From Gekko japonicus (Eukaryota), in assembly GCF_001447785.1 (NCBI RefSeq), contig NW_015164664.1, positions 712,274-776,273 on the forward strand: a DNA stretch of 64,000 bases. Direction: 5' to 3'. Position numbers and translations under genes: made by a program. How positions within the stretch are numbered: position 1 is the stretch's first letter; the number at the start of each line of letters is the position of its first letter. The notes below the pieces were generated by a model, which saw nothing but the letters and a program-made list of their open reading frames with translations, did not search any database and was not told where the DNA came from. Positions 54,501-64,000 of this stretch are shown here, in pieces.

Positions 54501-57438
54501 TTTACCCACTGGCAGAAGGGGACAGATGAATATCCCTGGGGCTGAAAAGGCTCCCTTGATTAATACCAGATGGCAAGGCACTGAAAGCAGGGCCTTGGAA
54601 GATGACCTTAGTGGTCAGGTATGATTTTATGGCAGTTAGTCCCTCAGGTATGCTGTCTCCATGCCATATAAGTCAACAGCATCACCTTGAATGGGGCTCA
54701 GGAACAAATTGGGAGCCAATAGAGGCAGGCCAAGACTAGAGTGATACGGTTGATATGACCAGTCTACAGCCTCACTGAAGCATTCTGCACCAATTGAAAC
54801 TTCCAGGCTTTATTCAAAGGCAGTCCCACATAAAGCACACTGCAGTACTGTAAGATGTTACCAGGGCATGCACCACAGTGGCCAGATATTTTCTGCCCAG
54901 GAAAGGATGCAGCTGGCTGACCAGTTGAAGCTGGTAAAAGGCACTCCTGGCCACAGCTGCCACCTGCTTATCCAGCAGTATACCTGGGTCCAGAAGCACC
55001 CCCCAAGCTATGGACCTGTTTCTTCAAGGGGAATGCAGCCCCATCCAGAAGACTGAACACCTTAAACCCTTCCTCTCAACAATAGCACTTCAGTCTTGCC
55101 AGGATTCAGCTTCAATTTATTAGCCTGCATCCATCCCAAGACTACCTCCAGGCACCAGTTCAGGGTTTCTACAGCTTCCCTGAGGTCCACCAGAAGTGTG
55201 AGACAGAGCTGAGCATCACCCACATGTTGGTGACATCCCAGCTCAAATATCCAGATGAGTTCACCCAGCGATTTCATATGGATGTTGAAAAGCATGTGGG
55301 GAGTCCAGTGGCCAAGGGGACAAGCAGCTTTTGCCCCCCTTCTGAAGCCAAATTCTAGGTGGCAGACCGAGCCAGGCAAAATGAGTGCCAAATATGATTC
55401 AGCCCCCCACCCTTCCTCCGAGTGTGTGAGCAAAGCCTTTCAGTGTAAAGGAAATGTTAGCAGCAACTGAGCACAATTAATGCTTGTGCTCGGCCTTAGA
55501 ACTTGAGAAGAGTAGGGATGGCCATAGAATTCAGGGGTCTGGGTGTGAGCCTTTGTCCTACATTTCTGTGTTAAGTCACAAACAGATCCCAAAGAAGAAA
55601 TCTTGAAAGCTTTCAGGCTCTTTGAGGACAGCGAGAGCGGCAAAATCTCCTTCAAGAACCTCAAGCAGATTGCCAGTGAGATAGGAGAGAAACTGACGGA
55701 TGAAGAGTTGCAGGTGGGTGTGGCAGCTTTTCTCTAATGAAACAGAGGGAGGGGTCCTTCATGTGCCATAATCCCCCCCCAAGCTTGTGGAGGCCAGAGG
55801 TCAGAAGCAAACTCTTTACGTTTTCTTTGTGTAGAGCGTGCGTGGAGGGGATGTGCATGAGTGGGTAGCATGGAACCCAGGGGTCCTTTCGTAGAAAAAG
55901 AGCTAGGGGAACTCATTAGCATAACTCATTAGCATATGCCACACCCCCTGACATCACCGGAAGTGTGTCATAAGGCCACACCCCCTGACATCACCGGAAG
56001 TGTGTCATAAGACCACACCCACCACTCAGTTAGTCTTAGTCTTAAAGGTTAGTCTTAAAGGTGCTATTTGTTAGTCTTAAAGGTGCGGGAGTGCGAGGAA
56101 GCCCCGCGAAGGCCCCCCGCCCCCAACGGTCCCCGCCGCCGCCGCCACCGCCGGCCTTGCGGCTCCATTGCTGAGCTCCATGAGGGGCCCGGCGGTGGAC
56201 CTGCAAGGCCGGTGGGAGTGCGAGGAAGCCCCGCGAAGGCCCTCCCTGGCCCCAGGCAGGCAGGGGTGGGGAGAGGCGGGGAGGAAGCAACTTACCGAGG
56301 CGGGGAGGAAGCAACTTACCCTCCCTCTTCTCCTCCCTCTTCTCCTCCCTCTTCTCCTGCCTCCTCCTGGCTGAATGAGGACCGGAAGCAGGGCGGCCGG
56401 AAGCAGGGGGCGGGGCTTCGTCGTGTGATCCTCCCGAATCGACCTCTGATGGAACCAGTGATCTAGTGAAGAGGCCGGGCTACATGTCTTCTTCCCCCAA
56501 AGGGCTGAATTACCCAATTGCTGGAAGGGGGGAAGAGCAGGATGAAGAAGAGCCCCTTCTCTCCTGGGATGAGGATGCCTGATGCATCCAGAATTCTTTG
56601 CCAAGCTATGAGCCTAGTCCAGGATCGCCAGCCTTTTCTGTAAGGAGAGCTACTTCTGAGTAATAAAAATTATCCCAAGCTAGTCCCTCTTCCACCCAGC
56701 AAAGTTACCCAGCTTTGCTCTGTCCTAGAAACAGAATATGGATTAGGAAGAACTCCAAAAACGAAGCTATCCGCTAAGTAGCACAGAGGATAATCCCATG
56801 GAAGTTTCTTCAAAAAATAAGTAAAACCCAGAGCAGAACTTTTTTTTTGGATATTTTCCCTGGTTTTCTAGGGGATGGATGAGGTGCTCTCAGCAGCTGA
56901 CGAAATGATCCGTAGCTCATGAACTACCTGTTGGACCCCTGACCTAGCCATTTGATCTGCATTTGTATGAAAGTGGGGTTATTGTTTCAGTAAAGTGCCC
57001 GACTGTGGGGTTAATTTCTGAATATCTTAAGGAACTGAGGATGGCTCTGAACACTTCTCTAAATGTACATGATAAACCTAGCAGGCATTATGTGAAAAGG
57101 GGGGGAATGATCACCTCTTTCTCTTCTCTCGTTGATCAGCTGCCAGGAGCATTGCTGCTCATTTTGGCTCCCCTGATGGCCGGGGGGGGGGGGGGGGGGG
57201 AGGGGGGAGATGTTGTTTGCATTGGTCTATACGGGGCATTTTCTCACTTTATCTGTCTGTGCATATCTGTCTCTCTGCACATACACACCTGCTATAGTCA
57301 TCTTCTCTGCAAGCAGCAAGGCTACAGTCTGACTCCCTTTCTGCCCTGCAGGAAATGATTGATGAAGCTGATGTGGATGGTGACGGGGAGGTGAATGAGC
57401 AGGAGTTTCTGAAGATACTGAAGAAAGTTGACAATTAA
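51542..57438 (+). CDS. Centrin/caltractin-like EF-hand protein (divergent CETN2-type), 171 aa
   Basis: Inferred ATG-only coding exon (ATG|GTAACA 51542-51544), then 52469-52627 (…[22 protein letters not shown] donor), 53635-53763 (RALGFEP), 55576-55713, 57352-57438 ([23 protein letters not shown]…*). The intron pattern is centrin-2-like. The start exon is the least certain part. Confidence 0.9.
53955..54158 (-). mobile_element. 5S rRNA-derived SINE
   Basis: The minus strand reads GATCTCGGAAGCTAA…CAGTACATGGATGGGAGACC, followed by a non-5S tail. Confidence 0.8.
54290..55290 (-). mobile_element. Degenerate L2 LINE
   Basis: [17 protein letters not shown] and [12 protein letters not shown] motifs, with a (TTTA)n tail. 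Confidence 0.85.
55878..56941. mobile_element. Composite hAT-like non-autonomous element(s) with internal tandem repeats
   Basis: CAGGGGTCC…GGACCCCTG inverted ends and several duplicated 12-38 bp units. The 8-bp flanks do not match, so this may be two elements. Confidence 0.55.
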
Positions 57439-58754
57439 TGCTGAATTTCTCTTGTCTCTTTGAGCATGATTGTAATCAGAGCTGGGAAGCTCTGCCCTTT
57501 CCCCCTCAAGCCTTCCCTGTTCTTCAAGGAGCAATGGAGATGGTGGTGGTTTCTATTCAGGAATTACAGAATGCACTGACCGGCAGGGCGGTGGTGGAGC
57601 GTGACTGGTGAGAGGAAGAGAAGGCTCTGTAACTTTTTGCTTTTCAGCTCCCAGTGTGCATTCAATTCACATTAAATGCTTTATGCTGTTTCAGAGCTGT
57701 TTCACAGTGGATAGTTGGTGTGTTTTCACACTGGGTTGGAAAAGGTTATGCTGGGGATCATGGGACCTGCATGGACAAAACCCATGTGAGACAGGGGTTA
57801 TAGGAAGGAGGAGAATTGAGCCAGTCTGAGCAAAAAAGCTGGTTGGATCCAACCCATCATGTCTGTCCCACCTGCTCTTCACAGAACTGGGGAACAGAGC
57901 CACCTGCAAGAGTTCCTGTCTCTCCCAGAAGCAAAAGGAGCCTGTGGTTGGCTTCCATGCTCTCTTTCACTTACATCCAAATCCCAGGCAGCTGGCCATT
58001 ATTTTAAACTGAAGGGCAGAACAGAGAGGCATTCTGTGCCACCAGCCCAAGCATCCTCCCCTGTCCCCCAAACTGATCATTAACCTTACCCTTACCTGCA
58101 CGTCATTACTGATTGTGTGAGGAGAGAGTTCTGCTTTCATTAAAACAGCCCTTCCAGGTAGACCTTGTTGTTCTGGGAGGCTTGGGGCCCTGACTCACTC
58201 TTGCAGTCCTCCAAACCTTTTCACCCCTGCACGAAATAAGCATCAGACTGCCAGTCTAGCATGGTTCCAGTTTTATTTGGGGAGGGGGGGTGTATGGAAT
58301 GTGGGCAGGAGGGAATACACCAACATCCACAAGGTGATAGCCAGCTGTTAACCATCATCATCCAGCCCTCTTTACGTATAGCCATCCTTTTAATATCCAT
58401 CTTCTTTGTCCCAATGGGTTCTTCTTCACAGTCTGTGGCTCTGGGCATGATGAAGCAGGCAGAATGTTTGGAGCTGGCTGGAGGAGAAGGGAGAAGTCCT
58501 GCTTCAAAGACAAATGACCTCTTCTCCTCCTGCTGCCCAAACAGGGCCTAAGTTTGAGGCAGGGGTGCTGTTTGCAAGCAAGGAATTGGCTTGGGAGGGG
58601 GAGAGTAGTGGGTGGGGGAATGACCCAAGGATGGCATATGTGTGGATGGGCTGCAGATGCCCCTTTAACCCAAATTACTCCCACCCACCTCTCCAGGAAG
58701 TGGCCAGAGCTTTTCACTAGCAAGGGTGAAGGGAGGGGATGGGGCCTGTTTCCT

Positions 58755-61700
58755 TCAAGCAAGCTTTAGCACTTCTTTGACCATCTTTCCGATGCCGTCA
58801 TAGATGGTGTGGATGGGCGCATTGCACATGAAAGCACTCGTGGTCACCAGTTTGTGTTTTGCATCCACATGGACCTCATCGACATTTTTGTTCACGTGTT
58901 TGCAGCCCAGCTCCTTCAGGGCTTCGGCGGTCTTGGCATAGGGCCACCTGTGGAGGCAGAAGTGAAAAGGCAGGGAGATCATTCCGGTGGGCCTATTTAA
59001 GAGGTCAGGTTCCCTTATGGAAAATCTGGACAGGGCTGAGGGAAGGTGGTGACATTTTCCTCCGGGGTGATCAGGGTACTGTGTGGACTAGACTTGTATC
59101 TTAACAACACCATGCTTCTGAGGTAGATGGAGATGGACAGCTTTAGAAAATTCATTTGGGGAGGGCAGTGTTGGGCCAGTTCTGCATGCATACGTGCCTC
59201 CCTTTCTTTCCACCTGCAGGTCTCCCTGTACCACCTACAGCTGTACTAGCCGCTGCTGTACTTGAGCTGACACCCCCTCCCCTTATAGTTCCTTCTCTGG
59301 CTTGAGAGTTGACCAGGCAGTGCCTGTGCTGTCTTTGCAGCTTGGAGGGCTAGAACCTTGCTTTTCAAAATGAGCCTCAGAATGCCAGGCTCAGTAGGAA
59401 GTTGGAACAGAGCTGCCCACAATCTCCCACCCCCAGCCAGCTGGAGCACTTACTTCTCGCATTCTGCATCATGCCCAACAGTGACCTCACAGCCTGGAAG
59501 AATTTTGGCTGCCAGCACGGGAGAGATGCAGCACAGACCAATGGGTTTCTTGGCTGAGTGGAAGGCCTTGATGGTATCTTCCACGAGTTTGGAGACTGTA
59601 CAGTCCTTCCCATCCACGGCCCAAGAGCAAAGGTTTTTAGCCACTCCAAAGCCACCTGGGAATAGGAAACAGGGTTCAAACAGGATGCCAGTCATGTCAG
59701 TGATGTGTCAGATTAGGAAGAGAATGTGAGAGCCCAGGGGGACCTGATGTCATCTGCTAAATTCTGAAGCCCGTGGGCAGGGCCTGTTGCCATACAGAGG
59801 GCAGGATTTAAGTTCAGGTGGCTCTTCCTACCTGGGATGATGAGGGCATCTAGTTCCTTCACATTCAGCGTAGCCAGATCTTTGATGTTGCCTCTGGCGA
59901 TCCTAGCACTCTCTACCAGGACGTTGCGTTTTTCCTCAGTTGGCTGCCCCTTGATGTGGTTCACCACGTGCATTTGGTCGATGTCTAGAGCATAAAGTTC
60001 AACCTGGAAAAAGACCATCACGTTGATCTTGACATTTTGCCAATAAGCCAGGTTGGTGGACTGGGCTTTGACTATTCCTGCAACCTTATTTCTGCACAGA
60101 GGCTCTGAGACCTTTAATGACAGCAGAGCAGGCAGGAAGCCAGTGGGGAAGCTTTTTCCACTTTGGAGCTGCAATGATGGGGAAAGCGACAATTTCTGTG
60201 TGCTAAAGGCGTGGAACTTTTTGCCCATGAACCATACTTGTGAGGAAGGTGACTATTCCTTTCAGAGTTTTCAGGAAGCAGTGGGTGAGTTGGGGATTCT
60301 GCAAAGGAACTGGGAGCTTTCCTGATCCAGGAGGTAGGTATTCCCTTTGACTGTACAAGGGTACTTGGTTTAAAACACCCATTTTCTTCTTTAGAGTGTT
60401 AATGGCAGTCAAGTGGAGAACAGTGAAACTGAGTGGTGGTTAAAGAGTTAAACCTCTTCTTTCTCTACAAGATCAAAGGGCAAATTAAAGAGGTATGAGC
60501 CTGCATTTTGCATTATACAGTTGGAACAAGAATAGTGTCATTTGTGACCCCTAACTGGTCTCAGGAACAGTGATACTGCATTCTTCCACAAGAGGGACCC
60601 CAAGAATTAAACAAAAGTAGTCTGGAAAGCCCTAACAATCTGAAACCACAGAATGGGGGGGGGGGGGGTTTCCAGCGAGCAAGAAATGAGATCAGTACGC
60701 AGAAAACTTGAAGCTTCTTAACCATCACAGATGAAAACTGCTGACATGCAGTAAAATTCAAAGTAAGTTTATTCAGAGGTAACCTCTGCTGTTCTCAGTT
60801 AAGCACTGGTGCTTTGGGGTCTTGGGATTTCTTACTAGAAGTGTTAACCATCCTGGCAACCCCTGGGTCTCCTCATCCATTACAAATGTAAACTAGGAAA
60901 TGGTCTGGATTTCATGGACCCTTGACCCCGCTCTTTTCTCCTCCACTCTTCCATAAAATAATTTCCTACTGAGGATCCAGTTATTGCATCTGAGGAAGTA
61001 TCCATGAATACAGGAATAAAAATTTCTTAGTATTTTAGGTGCCACAAGACTTATAGTCTTGCTGCAACAGACCAATATAGCCACCCTGCTGGAATTACTG
61101 CTGGTTTTGGTGAGTAAAGAGATTCAGACTTATGAAGGAAGAAGGGCCTATCAATGGCTATTATCTATAACAGCTGGAAAGATTCTCTGTACAGAGGCAG
61201 TATACCTCTGACTCCAAGCTGCCAAGGACCAACCACAAGGGCTTGTTCTCCCTTTCACATCTTGCATGTGGCCTCCCTGGACCATCTGTCTGTTCTTAGA
61301 AAAAGAATGGACCTGCATCTAACCCAGTAAGCCTGTCTTTCATGTCCTTGTGAGAGGCCGGGCTTTTTCAGAAGCAGACTTAAACTGGCTTTTGTTACTT
61401 GAAGGAAAAACCTACGTTGGCCCAAATGTACATGCCACCTTCAACTGCCTTCTTTTTGACTCCCCACAGCACCATGGCAATGTCCATAAAAGTTTCTAAA
61501 CCCAGTCTGTTTTAGCATTGCTTGGGACCACACCCTCCCAGTGGCACCCAGCCACTGACTGCACTATGTAAGTCGGGATTATAAAAAGAAATCGAATCTG
61601 CCCCCCCCCCCGAAAGCACAGGAAACTTTGTTGAGGGGCATTACAGCTGAGTGAGCAAACCCCCATAGCTTGCCCCGGTCTCCTGCAGGGCCATCAATCA

Positions 61701-62185
61701 GCCTCTCTCCGTTGAAGCAGAATTTCTACTCTGCCTTCTCTACTCCTGGCTTTAGAGAACATACAGAAGCAAATGCAGATTAAAGTGTTGCTCAGCTAAA
61801 GAAAGTGCACATATGAACAGGCTGGCAGAGCGTTGCAGAATTTCTTTTGCTGGGAAAAAGGCTGGGTTGCAGGGGACTCCGAGGAGGAAACAGATCATGG
61901 AAACTTTCCCAGCAAAAATAGAGAGACCGTGGAGCAACTAGCACTGGTCTAGCAGCTGAGGAAAGAATGACACTTGCATCAGAATAAGCAGAGCACTTAG
62001 CCCTTTGACCAATTTTGCATTAATAACAGGAAGCAAAATAGTGGGGACTGGCCTTGACAGCGCAAAGAGTGTCTTACCTGAGCCCCCTCCCTGCTGAGAT
62101 GCACCATGACAGCCGAAGACTCGTGGACTTCGCTACCATCATACACCCCGCAGCCTGAGAGGACAACAGCAACTTTCTTGCCCAT
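58755..62185 (-). CDS. GATD3/ES1-like glutamine amidotransferase-like class 1 (DJ-1/PfpI superfamily) protein, 224 aa
   Basis: Exons 62185-62078 ([22 protein letters not shown]), 60003-59832 ([13 protein letters not shown]), 59655-59454 ([15 protein letters not shown]), 58947-58755 (…TSAFM…[13 protein letters not shown]). 675 nt in frame, GT-AG introns. Minus-strand AATAAA at 58272-58277. Confidence 0.95.
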
Positions 62186-64000
62186 GGTGAGCAGTGGGGA
62201 GGAGAGTCCTGCTGAGCTGATCACTGGCAGGCTTCTGCTCCCTTGAGGCTTTTGTAGACACAGCCTCCGCCCACAACAGTGAGGCTGGGCATGGTCTTTA
62301 CTGGCAAGAGGCTTTCCACTCCCTGCAGGCAGGCTGGGGCTGTGTTCGTTGTCCGACTGGTTTCTCCTATTGGTTCCTCTTTCAAGCCTCGGAGCCTGGC
62401 CAATCCACTGCCAACCAGGGCTGGTTTGGCACCAGTTGGCTTGGGTCTGGACTCCTTCCAGGGCCATATCAAGATGTTTTGCCAGGCAGCAACCTCTCAC
62501 AACCAGTCACTTGCAGCCCCAAAAGACCTGCCTTCCTAGAGAGGGTGGTGGTGTGCAAACTGAGATTTGGAACATGGCATCCTAGGTTGCCAGGTTGCCA
62601 GGTTGCAAAGGACCCTGGGCTGTGCCCCCTGTGTGGCCATGCTGCTTTCTTGGCAGCCCTGAAAATAGCAGTGCCCCCTTCCATGTGATGACCACTTGGG
62701 TACTCAGAGCTTGTCTTCTCGGGAAGAATAATTGTGTAGTACACTGTAGCATGAGATGACAACATTCAAGGATTTTGACTTCATGTATGCCAGCAGTGAG
62801 AGCTGCAATTGCATCTGGCTTTCTGAAGCCTGCACAAAACACCATCCTCTGTAATGTAAATCCTGTTGAAAGGCTTCAGTGATGGGGACACATACTGAAG
62901 TGGTTACCTGGTAATCGTCCTTGTTGTCTGCTTAATATAAAACAAAATAACTTATTCTCATAGGTCTTACTGGGTCAGATTGAGGGCCCATCTGCTTCAG
63001 TCAAGGGAGAACTGCTCTCACATGCCTTTTCAGGCTTCTACAGCACTCTTCTGGGCTCACTGCTGTCAAAGATTTAAACCCTTTGAGCGGTCTGATATTA
63101 AGCCATCCTCTAACAGAGGTAGGTGTCTATTGGGTTGGGTTCTTCTACCAAAAGGGCCCATGAACTGTTCTAGTCTCTGCGAGACATGGACTCTCCCTTT
63201 AACATTTCATACATTCTATAGCATTCTGTGTGCACCTGGTTAATGGATTTGTTTGCACCCAAAAAGTATAAAATTTATTTCTAAGCACAGAGGTAGAGGA
63301 ATGAAGGGAAATGTTGGAAAACAATAACAATTCCAAGAGAAAATCAAACATACAGTTTCTGATCTAGAACAACATGGACATTCAGTGGAAAGGAGGGGGT
63401 GATTGGAACTAACCAGGAAGTGGGGGGACTATATGCAAACCTTCCTTATGTACCCCTCCTCAGCCAATGAAACTTAATACCTAGAATTTTGATGTATTTT
63501 GCACACAGTACTTTGGGGGTTGCATGAAAATCCTTTCATGGGGTGCAGATGGTTTTTGAGCAACATGCACCAGAAGTATCAGTGGGTTTCCCCACTGTTT
63601 TCTTCCCACGATGGCAATGACAATTAATGGAGCGCTTGGCAGCCATCCATGATGTCATGTCTTTGGGGCTTATGTGGCCATGTTAAAATGAAATGGCTTT
63701 TCTTGTGGTTAAAACTGAGATGGATTTGTGTGTGTGCTTGATCCATTACCACTTCAGTATCCTGTTCCCCTCAGTGACCAACTAGATGCTAACAGGAACC
63801 TCACAAGGAACCCCATAAACAAGGCACCCCACCCACATCTGGCCTTGCCTGAGTTTGTTCTCCAGCAATAGCAATTCAGAGGCATGCTTCCTGTAACCTT
63901 CCCCAGTGTTTGTCAGAGGACAATAGGCTCACTTTTAGGAAAATCAAAGATCATCCTGGTATCAGGAAATGCATAGCTCTCTTCATATTTGGCATACGTA

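Noticed and set aside
56042-56604. Long Pro/Arg/Gly-rich ORFs
   Set aside because: Produced by low-complexity GC-rich repeats.

Overview
Vertebrate genomic DNA, almost certainly squamate and probably gecko, inferred from Squam3-type, Sauria and 5S-derived SINEs, L2, BovB/RTE and Penelope/Poseidon fragments. It holds four spliced protein-coding genes. (1) The 3' part of TAF1 (+, 18 exons seen, 2455-23447, zinc knuckle, two bromodomains, acidic tail). (2) A complete OGT (+, 22 coding exons, 25633-46183, 1045 aa by my exon sum). (3) A divergent centrin-2-like gene (+, ~51542-57438, 171 aa). (4) A GATD3/ES1-like DJ-1-superfamily gene with no apparent mitochondrial presequence (-, 62185-58755, 224 aa). 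There are two assembly gaps (23575-23621 and 35139-35325). The most interesting signal is in OGT intron 4, the known O-GlcNAc-responsive detained intron. It contains GCGC-rich blocks and a perfect 14-bp long-range duplex whose 3' arm is the non-coding counterpart of the human mitochondrial-OGT leader, which suggests an RNA structure rather than a protein. Other leads are a candidate poison exon in OGT intron 1, a 33-bp hairpin in TAF1 intron 34, a duplicated TAF1 splice donor and several hammerhead-like Penelope termini. Exon coordinates were read by eye. Comparisons with human sequences are from memory and have not been aligned.
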